Positions 48,970 through 60,104 are shown, counted from the first letter of the stretch. The stretch: 64,000 bases of DNA from Gammaproteobacteria bacterium (GCA_050298595.1 JBNKUM010000008.1:1-64000); one strand, 5' to 3'. A program made the numbers and translations. The notes: a model not told the origin generated them from the sequence alone.

Positions 48970-51492
48970 TTATTTGGTAAATAACTGTTCCCCACCTCGG
49001 GGTAAGGGGCGAGGACGGGCAATACCATAACCCTGGGCAAAATCCACACCGACCTGTTTCAGCGCTTGAATAATCTCATCATTTTCCACAAATTCAGCAA
49101 TTGTTTTCAGCTTTAAAACACTGCCAATATTATGAATTGACTCAACCATCGCTCTATCAATTGGATCCTCTGCCATATCTTTCACAAAAGCACCGTCAAT
49201 TTTTAGATAATCCACATCAAGCGATTTCAGATAGGCGAAAGAGCTCAAGCCACTACCAAAATCATCCAGTGCAAACAGACAACCTAGCTGCTTCAGTTCA
49301 TCCATAAAAACCTGAGCCTTGGAAAGATTGCTAATGGCGGATGTTTCAGTGATTTCAAAACAGATTCTGCCAGGAGGTACGGCGTATTCACTAAAAAGCT
49401 TCTTGATTCGATATAACAGATTTTCATCGACTAAGGACTGCCCCGAGAGATTGATAGCGAAGATATCATTTGAATTGTAATCCCAGTAATTATCCATCCA
49501 GTTGAATAGATTTTGGATAACCCAACGATCAATACGTGCCATTAACTGATAACGTTCTGCAGATGGAATAAAGGCTCCTGGTGGTATTAATTCGCCATTA
49601 TCCCCTATCATTCGCAGCAAAATTTCATAACGAATGTGCTCGCCCCCATCCTTCAAGGGAATTATGGGTTGGTAATTAAGTTCAAAGCTGTCATTTTCGA
49701 GCGCACTCTGGATACGAATCATCCACTGTGCTTCACCGCGTCGCTGAGATATTCCCTTATCGTCCTGGCTATACAGATGCACTCGGTTGCGCCCGGCTTC
49801 TTTGGCTGCATAACAGGCTGAATCAGCTTCTTTAAAAACTTCCTCTGCATCTGGGCTATTTTTATCTATCACCACCAGTCCGATACTGACCCCTACCTGA
49901 AACGATTGCCCACCCCAGCCGAAACGAAAGTCTTCCACAGCAGTACGAATTTCTTCAGCAATATTGACGGCGGGGCCAACTTTGCATTTTTTTAGTACTA
50001 CTGCAAATTCATCGCCCCCCAGCCGAGCAAGCATGTCATCATCGCGCATACAGGACTTAAAGATTTCAGCTAACTGGCGTAATAGTTCGTCCCCTGCAAC
50101 ATGCCCACAGGTATCATTCACCACCTTGAATTTATCCAGATCCATAAAGCAGAAACAGTGCTCTGTAGCATCCTGCCTGGACGAATTTATGGTTGCTTCC
50201 AGTTGACGCTCAAACTCCCGACGATTGATGAGTTGGGTGAGCTCATCATGACTAGCCTGCCAGGAAAGTTGACTGGCAAGGCGATGTGATTTACTCACAT
50301 CACGAAAGATCATGACTGCGCCAATGATATCACCAACCTGATTATGAATGGGTGTAGCCACCTGATGGATGACGAGCTGATCACCATTCCTGGCTATGAG
50401 GATATCTCCTGAGACCGAATCCACCTGCATTCCACTATTGATACACTCGTAAACCGGTAGTTGAGAACGCTCTGATTGAATCGTAATCACTCTGTCCAGG
50501 CGTCGATTGATCAGCTCTTCATACTTATAGCCAATGAGTTTCAAGGCTGCTGGATTGAGAAAGTTGATCTGCCCGATGATGTCTGTGGTGATTACACCAT
50601 CTGCGATACTACTTAAGGTAACCTGCGCCTGCTCTTTCTCACGGTATAGCGCTTCCTGAGCCAGTTGTCGCTCGGTAATATCCTTGATGGTGACAATAAA
50701 TTGCATATCCTCACCTTCAAAAATGGTATTTATTGCGACTTCTGAATGAAAAATTTCTCCGCTAGATCTCAATGATTTAACCTGTTCCAGAAAATTCAGT
50801 GTTTTCCCCGGATTAACACCATCCATGATCACATTGAAACGGCGGTTATAGGGTGAGGGGAATAATACCGATAGCGGTTTTCCTAAGAGTTCGTACTCGG
50901 AATAGCCGAACATGGTTTGAGCCGATTTATAGAACCCGCTAATCCGCCCCAGACGATTCAGGATAATAATCGCATCCAGTGTGTTATTCAGTATTGTCTG
51001 TAATTGCGACTCCTGTTCACGCGCTCGACTAGCCAGGGTTTCCAGCTCAAGCGTAGTCTGTTTTAACGATAGCTCATGCATATTGCCACGCGACAAATCC
51101 CTGATCTGAATCAGACAACATGTCCCATGCTGGCTAGAGACTGGCTTAACAGTAATTGATTGGTGGATACGACTATTTCGCTCCCGGTTTTGACGGTTGT
51201 GATAAAGCGGTAATGTAGCGTGATGAAACCTTGCAGAAATCAAAGAACTAAGGCCAAGCTTTAATGCATCTTCGATAGACTGGTTCAAGCGCTCATTGAT
51301 GACAGGAAAAACCTCATCAAAGGTTTGTCCCAACACCTCATCTCTAGTGCGAAAACTAAAGTGAGTTAACCACTGATTCCAGACAATAATTTCACGCTTA
51401 TGATTAAGCACCATAAATCCATAATTGATCGAGTCATAGATACTAAGATCAAATTGATGTGCTTCAACAAAAGTCTGGGTATTATTCGTCAT
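48970..51492 (-). CDS. PAS-PAS-PAS-GGDEF-EAL c-di-GMP enzyme
   Basis: HDELTQLINR, intact GGDEF, EILLR, DDFGSG, KIDG, AEFVE, QGY. Confidence 0.93.
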   Translation of the reverse strand: MTNNTQTFVEAHQFDLSIYDSINYGFMVLNHKREIIVWNQWLTHFSFRTRDEVLGQTFDEVFPVINERLNQSIEDALKLGLSSLISARFHHATLPLYHNRQNRERNSRIHQSITVKPVSSQHGTCCLIQIRDLSRGNMHELSLKQTTLELETLASRAREQESQLQTILNNTLDAIIILNRLGRISGFYKSAQTMFGYSEYELLGKPLSVLFPSPYNRRFNVIMDGVNPGKTLNFLEQVKSLRSSGEIFHSEVAINTIFEGEDMQFIVTIKDITERQLAQEALYREKEQAQVTLSSIADGVITTDIIGQINFLNPAALKLIGYKYEELINRRLDRVITIQSERSQLPVYECINSGMQVDSVSGDILIARNGDQLVIHQVATPIHNQVGDIIGAVMIFRDVSKSHRLASQLSWQASHDELTQLINRREFERQLEATINSSRQDATEHCFCFMDLDKFKVVNDTCGHVAGDELLRQLAEIFKSCMRDDDMLARLGGDEFAVVLKKCKVGPAVNIAEEIRTAVEDFRFGWGGQSFQVGVSIGLVVIDKNSPDAEEVFKEADSACYAAKEAGRNRVHLYSQDDKGISQRRGEAQWMIRIQSALENDSFELNYQPIIPLKDGGEHIRYEILLRMIGDNGELIPPGAFIPSAERYQLMARIDRWVIQNLFNWMDNYWDYNSNDIFAINLSGQSLVDENLLYRIKKLFSEYAVPPGRICFEITETSAISNLSKAQVFMDELKQLGCLFALDDFGSGLSSFAYLKSLDVDYLKIDGAFVKDMAEDPIDRAMVESIHNIGSVLKLKTIAEFVENDEIIQALKQVGVDFAQGYGIARPRPLPRGGEQLFTK

Positions 51493-51549
51493 TGCCCTAC
51501 TTCGTTTAATCCAGGTTTAAACAACTGATAACAAAATAACGCATCCATA

Positions 51550-52107
51550 CTAGCGTTTACGAGTCCATAGCAGGCAAGCAATAAAGCTTTTATCTTTTAA
51601 ACTTATCTGTATTTGGGTATAGAACAGCTCATCATCAAAAATATCAGATCTATATTCATTCATGATTTGCGTATAGTGATCTCGATCAAGTCTGGGTAAA
51701 TGGCTGATGAGTTGGCCCTGATTAAGCCTCAGGTAGCTGCTGAGACAACTATTAATGATGATATTACCAAACTCCAGCAACGCCTCTTCTTCCAGTTCGG
51801 TAAGTTCACGCAGTCGCGCGTTTTCTTTTAATAGTCCGCGCATCAACTGCATACCAGCATCATGGTTTAACAAAAATAACACATGTCCCTGTATTACTCC
51901 CTGTAAGCTCTGACTTATCGCAATAACTTCAGGTTCCTGTTGATCAAACAACTTATGTAAATTATCAAGCCCAATCATGCCATGCGAAGAAATCTTGAGC
52001 TCGATATTGATATGACTTATCGATGATACTACAGACTCTGCCACAGCAAGACCCTGGGCAGTCATCTGTAGCATAGATAAATGAGGCTTTTCTTCGATAT
52101 TAATCAT
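51550..52107 (-). CDS. CheC-like chemotaxis phosphatase
   Basis: LTELEEEALLEFGNIIINSCL (ExxN motif). Confidence 0.65.
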   Translation of the reverse strand: MINIEEKPHLSMLQMTAQGLAVAESVVSSISHINIELKISSHGMIGLDNLHKLFDQQEPEVIAISQSLQGVIQGHVLFLLNHDAGMQLMRGLLKENARLRELTELEEEALLEFGNIIINSCLSSYLRLNQGQLISHLPRLDRDHYTQIMNEYRSDIFDDELFYTQIQISLKDKSFIACLLWTRKR

Positions 52108-52330
52108 CTATTTCAAATTGTCTAATAAAATCCCGTCTTGTTATTGTTATGGAAAATATGCAGTTGATTGTAGCCCGGATACACAATAGAACAAACCCGA
52201 TGCACTTATGGACACATTAAATAACATATAAACTGTCTTTTTTTGAGGTTTCTTAAGGCTCATAAAGCAAACATTGTGTAATACACTAGCTGTATACAGC
52301 TTTTACTTATCTAGCTGAACCAGCACCCAC

Positions 52331-52358
52331 AAAAAAACCCCAAGTAAAATGGGGTTAA
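52331..52358 (-). terminator. Intrinsic terminator downstream of the SoxW-like gene
   Basis: aacccca-ttttact-tggggtt followed by a T-run on the minus strand. Confidence 0.65.
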
Positions 52359-52427
52359 AACACACATTAATAACAGGAGGTAATATTGAGTATAGAAACC
52401 CTCAGTTGGCTTTATGAGACCCGAGTC

Positions 52428-53495
52428 TCATTCTGAAATTTCAATACCGACAGGGTGCATCGAGTGATAGCCCCAAATATCAACATCGAACCCCTGCTTA
52501 CGAATTTTCTCAGCACGTTCTGAAATGTAGCGCTGAAAACTTGGCTGCCTGTTGTAGCCACTATCCAAAACATAGGCAAGCGATGACTGAACATGGAAGG
52601 TTTTAAAAAAACCTTCCATTCGGTGCACCTCAACTCCTTGATCATCGAGTAATACTATCGACGGGGTGTAGTTAATCTTTAATTTTTCTGCAAATTTCCT
52701 GTGTGACATTTTCTGGCCATCTGGAGTAATAATCTGAGCTTCAGAATTTACATTCAGCAAAACATTATCCATTTCCTTAACCAGAGCCCGGGTTGGTTTA
52801 TCACTTAGCACCTTTTCGTGCAGGGTTTTACAATCCTCACAACCCGCAGACTCAAAATAGAGCGCGAGAGGTTTGTTAGAACGCTTAATGATTGCCTGTA
52901 AATCCGCTTCTTCCAGGAAAAAATCATCCTTAATCAGTGGCTGATCACTATTAGCCGTTCCTTTAAGCATATACTGGGTAAAGCCCTGCTGATTTTCCTG
53001 TTTCTGTGCGACATAGCTGAGGGCTTTCCTGAATTTCTCAGGTGATTGATAGCCATTTAAGCGCAGGATCACCTTACCCTGCTCGTTAAGAAATAATAAT
53101 GTCGGTGTAAATTGAACCTTAAGAGCGGCTGACAGCGTTTTTTCAGTAAACGATTTTCCTCCGACTGACACGACTTCACGATCACCCCACATATTCAAAC
53201 TGATACCGTCGAAATACTGTTGGATATAAGACTTTATTTCTGGATCGGTAAAGTTTTCTTCCACCAGACGCGCGCAATAGGGGCAGCCATCCTGATGGAA
53301 AAACAGCATTACTCGCTTACCCTGCTCTTTAGCCTCGGCGACATCTTCTTCAAACTCGAGAAAGCTTTCCTTGAACCAGGAAGGTTTATCAGATGTTTTA
53401 GCGCCTAGAAAGGCACCAGAGCGCTGTTCAGTAGCTGAAACCACCAACATAAAACTGCATAGCCACAATATGCTCAGAAATTTTATCATTTTCAT
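52428..53495 (-). CDS. SoxW-like periplasmic tandem thioredoxin-fold protein
   Basis: Signal peptide, PSWFKESFL, CPYC and CEDC in two thioredoxin domains, VQFTPT. Confidence 0.8.
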   Translation of the reverse strand: MKMIKFLSILWLCSFMLVVSATEQRSGAFLGAKTSDKPSWFKESFLEFEEDVAEAKEQGKRVMLFFHQDGCPYCARLVEENFTDPEIKSYIQQYFDGISLNMWGDREVVSVGGKSFTEKTLSAALKVQFTPTLLFLNEQGKVILRLNGYQSPEKFRKALSYVAQKQENQQGFTQYMLKGTANSDQPLIKDDFFLEEADLQAIIKRSNKPLALYFESAGCEDCKTLHEKVLSDKPTRALVKEMDNVLLNVNSEAQIITPDGQKMSHRKFAEKLKINYTPSIVLLDDQGVEVHRMEGFFKTFHVQSSLAYVLDSGYNRQPSFQRYISERAEKIRKQGFDVDIWGYHSMHPVGIEISE

Positions 53496-53574
53496 AGCTT
53501 AAACCTATTTAGGTTCATAGTTAAATAAAGACGCAACTTCGGCAGGATTTATTCGAAATAATGTCCAGATTTAA

Positions 53575-53733
53575 GGAACCTCTGATTAATTCTGGGTCGA
53601 GGGTGTAGTGAGATGAAATACTTCGGATCAAGGCGAAAAGTGCACGTAATAGCAAGCTATTGCGAAACTTTTCAACGCTGAGCCGGATTATTTCAGCCAC
53701 CACACACCGATCCACGAATTGATCAGAGGTTCC
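53575..53733. mobile_element. 159-bp MITE with IS5-like ends
   Basis: TIR ggaacctctgat(t/c)aattc matching at 17/18 positions, TTAA duplication on both sides. Confidence 0.85.
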
Positions 53734-53745
53734 TTAAGTAGATTG

Positions 53746-55398
53746 CTATCCGGCAGTTTTAAATTCAATGACTTCATCCATTAAGTCGAGACCGGTTTTA
53801 GTATGGGTAATAAGCAGAAAAGATTTGTCTTTTAGTTGTTCAATCAGTCCTGAGATAAGTGCAGCTTCAGTTTTACTATCCAGTCCTTCGCCAGGTTCAT
53901 CAAGAATCAGGCACTCAAAATCTCTAAGCAGAGCACGCGCAATTGCGATGCGTCTGGCCTGCCCCCCTGAAACCTTGATGCCCGTTTCCCCTACCCAGGT
54001 ATCCAGCCCATCAGGTTGATGCTGAATAAAATCATCAAGCTGGGCCAAGCTACAAACCCGGTTTAATTCATCCTCGGTCGTATCGGGTTTAGCAAGCAAA
54101 AGGTTATTTCGAATTGTGGTATTGAATAGATGTACCTGCTGAGGCACCACGGCAATCCAGTTATGCAATTGCTCACTACGGTAATCAGTTATTGACCTTC
54201 CGCCAAAAGATATCTCACCTGACTGAGGTCCACGATAACGCAGTAACAGTTGAATCAAGCTGCTTTTTCCTGATCCCGTGGGTCCGACAATGGCCAATTT
54301 TTTTCCAGATAACAGCAGAAGATTAACATCCGATAAAACCTGCGTAGCATTTTCATGATATCGAAAAAACACATGATTAAACTGGATATCAAAGTGATCA
54401 GGAGTTTGTGCGTCGCAAGCTGGCTCTAACACGGGAGATACCCGATCAATCACGGAGAATAAGCGATTAGCTGCAGTCTGAATTTGGCCCATTAGACGGA
54501 ATGCCTCAGGTAACGGCATGACTGATTCAAAAGCAGCAAGGGTAAATAACACCAGCATCGCGAGTTCAGCACCGCTTATCTCAGCATTAAGCGTTGATGG
54601 AATCGCGAGCAGCAGCACTAACCATTGCGCCAGGTTCATCATCAACAATAAACCGGACTGGGCCAACCCTGATACATAACCCATTTTTTTCTGTGCATCG
54701 ATACTGCGTTGACTGGTTTCAGTTACCTGAGCATAGCTTTGTTCAAGCGCACCATACACAGTCAATTCAGCCATACCCTGTACTGCATCGACTATCTGGG
54801 TATTTAATAAGGCGGTTTGTTCGACTATAGATTGTCCCGATTTTTTTCCTAATTTGGCGATCATAAAAGGTAATAGCAAACCAGAGATTATTAACAGTAA
54901 AAGTAGTAGCAGGCCCAGCGTGAGATTATATCGGCTCATCACCCAACTGGTGACTAGAACACCAATTATTGCAACCGATACCGGGACTATAACCCTTATA
55001 TACAGATTACTCAGGGTATCGATATCTGATCTGATCGTGCTTAGCAGGTCTCCGCTGCGAACATCCTCTAACGCAGAAGGAACTAATGGTTCTAAATGAG
55101 TGTAAAACCAGACTCGCAGGCCCGATAAAAACCTGAAGGTCGCCTCATGAGTGACCAGCCTTTCAGCATAGCGCCCAGCTGTACGAAAAATCGCTGCACC
55201 CCGAATGATTGCCGCTGGACTGTAATAGTTCATAGAAACGCCAGCCACACCCGCAATTGCCATGGAGGCTATAAACCAGCCCGAAACGGCCATCAGTGAT
55301 ATATTGGCTAACAGCGTTATAGTGGACAGGAAAATCCCCAATAAGACCCAGGCAATATAGGGCTTATATAATTTTATTAAACGCCACATAATTCTCAT
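53746..55398 (-). CDS. cydC: Thiol reductant ABC exporter subunit CydC
   Basis: RTAGRYAERLVTHEATFR, GPTGSGKS, SGGQARR. Confidence 0.95.
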   Translation of the reverse strand: MRIMWRLIKLYKPYIAWVLLGIFLSTITLLANISLMAVSGWFIASMAIAGVAGVSMNYYSPAAIIRGAAIFRTAGRYAERLVTHEATFRFLSGLRVWFYTHLEPLVPSALEDVRSGDLLSTIRSDIDTLSNLYIRVIVPVSVAIIGVLVTSWVMSRYNLTLGLLLLLLLIISGLLLPFMIAKLGKKSGQSIVEQTALLNTQIVDAVQGMAELTVYGALEQSYAQVTETSQRSIDAQKKMGYVSGLAQSGLLLMMNLAQWLVLLLAIPSTLNAEISGAELAMLVLFTLAAFESVMPLPEAFRLMGQIQTAANRLFSVIDRVSPVLEPACDAQTPDHFDIQFNHVFFRYHENATQVLSDVNLLLLSGKKLAIVGPTGSGKSSLIQLLLRYRGPQSGEISFGGRSITDYRSEQLHNWIAVVPQQVHLFNTTIRNNLLLAKPDTTEDELNRVCSLAQLDDFIQHQPDGLDTWVGETGIKVSGGQARRIAIARALLRDFECLILDEPGEGLDSKTEAALISGLIEQLKDKSFLLITHTKTGLDLMDEVIEFKTAG

Positions 55399-57128
55399 TA
55401 CAGAACACCGTAGGCTGTTACCAGTTGCTGATACAGGCCAGCCTGTGAATTTAATTGTGTATGCGTCCCCTGCTGAATAACCTGGCCCTGGTCTAATACA
55501 ATAATTCGATCAGCTTGTTGGATGGTATTCAAGCGATGTGCAATAGAAAGTACTGTGCGACCTTTTGTAAAACGCTGCAATGCCTGTTGTATAATAAACT
55601 CGCTATCCTTATCCAGATGCGCCGTAGGTTCGTCAAGTATCAGCAATCTAGGTTGGCGCAAAAATGCTCTGGAAAGTGCCAGCCGTTGTAGCTGCCCTCC
55701 AGATAAACCTTGCCCGCCATCACCAATGAGGGTGTCTAATCCAGCGGGTAGCTTTTCTACAAATTCGCGCGCACAGGATTGATCAAGGGCATCTAGTACA
55801 GCTGACTCATCGACATCATTCATGCCGAGAGTCATATTATCCAGCACTGATCCGTAAAACATGCGCGGGCGTTGTGGTATCCAGGCAATGTTTTGGCGCC
55901 AGGACTCAAGTTTAATCTGATCCAGATTCTGCTGATTGACCAGAATCTGCCCCTGCTCTAGCTGTAAAAAGCCAAGTAGCAGATTGACTAAGGTAGATTT
56001 ACCACTGCCTGATGGCCCTACCAGAGCCACATGCTCTCCAGCAGGTATATCAAAACTAATGCCTTTAAGTGCAGGTCTTTCAGCGTAATTAAAACTAACA
56101 TCACGAAAACTGATAGCGATCGATTTTTCGCTCAGCTCAATGGTTCTCTTAGCAGAATCTACTACCGAGGTTTGCAGAATTTGTATAATCCGCTCACTAC
56201 TCGCAATAGCCTCCATGCGACCATGATAATGAGTGCCGAGGGAACGCAACGGTAGATAAAATTCTGGTGCCAATAGCAAAATAAAGAAACCGGATTCAAA
56301 GCCCATTTCACCGAATAACAAACGAAAACCAATCAACACAGCTACAATGGCTATAGAAACCGTGGCAAAAAATTCTAATGCTAAAGAAGATAGAAATGCC
56401 ACCCGTAATACTTTCATGGTCGCTTCCCGATAGTCTTCGGAAATACGCTCAACTACCTGAGCTTCACGTTTACTGGCATTAAATAGTTTCAAGGTCGTCA
56501 AACCCTGGATAGTATCCAGAAAGTGACCACCAAGGCGAGCTAGTTGCTTCCATTGTTGCTGATTTAACTTCTCAGCCCCCTTTCCAATCAGTATCATAAA
56601 AAAGGGTATTAAAGGTGCTGTCAGAAACATAACAAGCCCAGACTTCCAGTCTATCGGGAAAACAAAAACAAGAATTGATAGAGGTATCCACAGTGCCAGC
56701 GACATAGCTGGCAGGTAACGTGCGTAATAATTTTCCAGTGCTTCCACCCCTTCGGTTAAGGTAGTACTGATTTCCCCGCTACGTTCTCCGGATAAATATG
56801 AGGGGCCAAGCTGCTGAATTTTTTTAAGTAACCGCTCACGAATATTTTGTTTGATAGCTGCGCTAGCAAGAAATGCAACTCGTTCAGTAAAATAACTCAC
56901 TATCACTCTGGCAAGAATGATAGCGAGTATACCGGTAAGCCATATTTGAACATCATCCAGTGATTGCTGGTCAAACACTACAGCATTGACGATATGCGCC
57001 AGACACCAGGCCTGGGCGATAATAAGTAAACCGCCCAGGCTGCCTAAGGCAATAGCGTAGCGAAGTAAGCCACCTTGATGTTTTATTTTAGCTTTTAAAA
57101 ACTCAACAGATTGCAGAGGCTGACTCAC
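55398..57128 (-). CDS. cydD: Thiol reductant ABC exporter subunit CydD
   Basis: TAPLIPFFMILIG, LRVAFLSS, LAPEFYLPLR, LSGGQ. Confidence 0.95.
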   Translation of the reverse strand: MSQPLQSVEFLKAKIKHQGGLLRYAIALGSLGGLLIIAQAWCLAHIVNAVVFDQQSLDDVQIWLTGILAIILARVIVSYFTERVAFLASAAIKQNIRERLLKKIQQLGPSYLSGERSGEISTTLTEGVEALENYYARYLPAMSLALWIPLSILVFVFPIDWKSGLVMFLTAPLIPFFMILIGKGAEKLNQQQWKQLARLGGHFLDTIQGLTTLKLFNASKREAQVVERISEDYREATMKVLRVAFLSSLALEFFATVSIAIVAVLIGFRLLFGEMGFESGFFILLLAPEFYLPLRSLGTHYHGRMEAIASSERIIQILQTSVVDSAKRTIELSEKSIAISFRDVSFNYAERPALKGISFDIPAGEHVALVGPSGSGKSTLVNLLLGFLQLEQGQILVNQQNLDQIKLESWRQNIAWIPQRPRMFYGSVLDNMTLGMNDVDESAVLDALDQSCAREFVEKLPAGLDTLIGDGGQGLSGGQLQRLALSRAFLRQPRLLILDEPTAHLDKDSEFIIQQALQRFTKGRTVLSIAHRLNTIQQADRIIVLDQGQVIQQGTHTQLNSQAGLYQQLVTAYGVL

Positions 57129-57146
57129 AAAACTACAATAAATGAA

Positions 57147-57797
57147 TTATTGAATATGACCTGGCTCATCTTGTTTAAGATAAGCTACTTCTTCAGGACT
57201 TAAATCAACATCATCAAAACCACTGATCATCGGCATAATGTGCTCTTTAACAGAATGGCCTAAGGTCAACATATAAATATGCACCAAGACGAAAAGCACA
57301 ATTGCAAAAGCAGCGGCTGTATGAATTATTGCAACGATCGATAATGAGAGGCCTGAAAAAAGGGGAGCCCAGTACCCGTACAACAGGTAAACAATTCCCG
57401 AAATCCAGATTGCTGGGAAAATCAAAATTTTCAGGACTAAATAAGCCAGAGCCTGCAATGGATTATGTTTTCGAAGATATAGCTTTCGATAAGGATGACG
57501 TTCCCCTTTAAAAACACCAAAACTATAAAACCTGATAACACTCCAAAGCCCATCTTTGGTAGGCAAATAATGCCTCCAGGCTCCCGTGGTAAACAGCCAG
57601 AATATGGCAAATGCCCATAACACTAAAAGTGCTAGCGCACTATAGGTATGCCAATTAACTTCAGAATAAAAACTCATCAAGTCATGAAACCCATGAATAC
57701 CAAATCCAGTGAATAACAAAGTCATAATTAATGCCATTTGACACCAATGCCAAAACCGTTCGAAGCGAGTAAATATAAGTACTTTATGCTTAGCCAT
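57147..57797 (-). CDS. Cytochrome b subunit (thiosulfate reductase PhsC-like), partner of the octaheme cytochrome
   Basis: FERFWHW, KHNPLQALAY, HIYM. Confidence 0.85.
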   Translation of the reverse strand: MAKHKVLIFTRFERFWHWCQMALIMTLLFTGFGIHGFHDLMSFYSEVNWHTYSALALLVLWAFAIFWLFTTGAWRHYLPTKDGLWSVIRFYSFGVFKGERHPYRKLYLRKHNPLQALAYLVLKILIFPAIWISGIVYLLYGYWAPLFSGLSLSIVAIIHTAAAFAIVLFVLVHIYMLTLGHSVKEHIMPMISGFDDVDLSPEEVAYLKQDEPGHIQ

Positions 57798-57799
57798 TA

Positions 57800-59446
57800 T
57801 TATTTCCCCTTATTAATTAATTTACGTGTTAAAGCATGCCCAACAATAGCGATAATGCTAAGCAAAATGGCAATTACACCAATAGTATCCAGTATTGGGT
57901 TACTATCTCTTGCGGGTAAATAAACGCCTTTTATATCTTTTAAACGACTATCCTTGGAATGACAGCTACCACATCTAACTACATCTTCTTTTGGTGCAAC
58001 CATATGAGTAATAGGCCAGAAAGATTGAGTTTGTATAAACCCGTATTCACCACTATAAGGCCGACCATTCTTTTCCATTCCTTTTTCTATGGCTTTTGAG
58101 AAATCAAAATTACCCCAGAAGGAAGTATCATCATTACCCCATAAATGCATATACACCAGAGTGTTATTACCTTTATCGTAAGGCTGGTTAGTTCTCATAA
58201 CCTTGAATGGCCAGATTCGTGAATTTTTATCGCCCTCACTACCACCTATATGGTTAATATCTATAGGAGCAGTGGCTGGATCAAATTTTGTATCAGCCAA
58301 CGTGTAGGTCATTTCTCCATTAAACCAGTAGAACTCTGGTACATAATTTTCACCATACACAAAATCTCCTTTAATCGACTTATAGGTATGTCGGTGCTCA
58401 CCATTACCCTGAATATAGTTTTCTTCATTGTAGCCCAAACCATCTTTTAACTTACCTGCCGTACTCCAGTCCCAGTCAGTTTTAGTTGCTACACCACCAC
58501 GCGCTATGGTGGGAATGTGACAGGTTTGGCAGGCGATTTTCTGTACATGATGATTCAGCTTAATGCCTGTCAGTTCACTTTTGTCATGTGGTTCATCACT
58601 ATGGCAGGATTCACAGGTAGCCACATCGCGTCTCTCACCTGGCTTGCCGGTACCTTCTATATCTTTAGCAATCACATCATAACGACTGCCAGCCCAGATA
58701 TGTTTTTTGGTGATATGGCATTGAGTACAGGCAAAATTCAATCCATTTTCATCCATATGAACATCCAGAGCTTTATCCGGATGAATTAAAGATGAATCCA
58801 GGTCACCATGTTTGACGCCATCACCACCGCCCCCGTAAAAATGGCAGCTACCACAGTTTTCTCTGTTAGGTAGTCCAACACTTTGAGCAACCTTACTCCA
58901 CTTAATCTCTTCTAACCCTTCAAACATGATAGAACAGGCTGCATTACCCGTAGTTGTGGGCGTTTTGTAATAGCTACCGGTCTGGTCATGACAGACCACG
59001 CAATCTATATTTTCCTGTTTTGTAAAATCGAAGCTTTCATCTTTCCATCCGTACCCTGCGTGACACTGGGCACACATCCCTTCGTTACCACGTGCATTGG
59101 TACAGAAGTTATTAATTACATTTTTTTTACCCAGTTTCTGTCCAGTTCTGGGGTTGATGTATTCCCAGGTCTAGTGAACATTTTGCATAAACTGATGCCC
59201 AGCCTCGGTATGACACTCGAGGCAGGCTTGTGTAACTGCAGGCCCACTTTCGAATGGCCCTTTTAGCTCCTTGAATTTACTGTGATCGGCTGTTGAATTC
59301 GATTCATGCTGTGGCGGGGGCTTAGTCACTGCTCCAGCCTGATGATCATTATCATTTGTATTATCTGTCGTTATCGAAGCCTGAATCGAGCCATAAAAGA
59401 AAAGGCCAAAAAAAACAATACAGATATTCCTCTTAGTTAATTTCAT
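57800..59446 (-). pseudogene. Octaheme tetrathionate reductase-family cytochrome c interrupted by an in-frame TAG
   Basis: One frame reads STADHSKF...CLECH...NVH*TWEY...LGKKNVINNFC...CAQCH with eight CxxCH motifs in total; TAG at 59171-59173. Confidence 0.88.
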
Positions 59447-59993
59447 TGTTATTCCTATTTTTTTTGCGGCTAAGTTAAACCCTGTATACAGCTGGTTTTA
59501 ACTGTGCCTTTATTATTATCCAGGCAAGGCACTAATATTGATAAGTGCTTATGTACACCCAGACTCCAAAATTACCTACAACTATTAGCCCTGATATTTA
59601 TTGAGCAGCAATGTAGAGCAGTGCTCAATTGTAAATTTCAGTACATCCAGCGAAGTAACTTTCGATAGCCTGACAGTTGGCGGTTATGAAAAATCATATA
59701 GCGAAGCTTTATCGACTCTCATTGAAGGAAATTGAGAAAGCAACTGAAACCACATGTGCCAGGGACGCCATCAAAAAACTGATCTGGCCAACCGCGAATT
59801 TTATAAGGAGATACCACTTAGCATTGTTTATATACATTAATAAAACCCTGCTTTTTTACATGGTTAATCAATCTTTAGTGCATAAATACCTTAACTTTTA
59901 ATAAAACCCGTTAAATGTTACCGAGTTTTATAAACCTGAGCACCTCTAACGTGTATATTATTTCTCTGCGTATAAGAGGTGTCCCTGGTTGAA

Positions 59994-60104
59994 TTAATCA
60001 GATTCTTCTTTATCCATGCAATGCTCTGATTCATACCACATTACATTGATGATTCCAAAAGATAGCGCCAGCATAACGCCCAGTATCCAGGTGAAATACC
60101 ACAT
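59994..60104 (-). CDS. cydX: Cytochrome bd-I oxidase small subunit CydX
   Basis: MWYFTWILGVMLALSFGIINVMWYE (36 aa), RBS aggag, directly after cydB; absent from the ORF track. Confidence 0.92.
   Translation of the reverse strand: MWYFTWILGVMLALSFGIINVMWYESEHCMDKEESD

Noticed and set aside
59677-59901. 74-aa plus-strand ORF between the octaheme cytochrome and cydX
   Set aside because: It has a TTG start, no clear RBS or motif, and is opposite to the surrounding genes.
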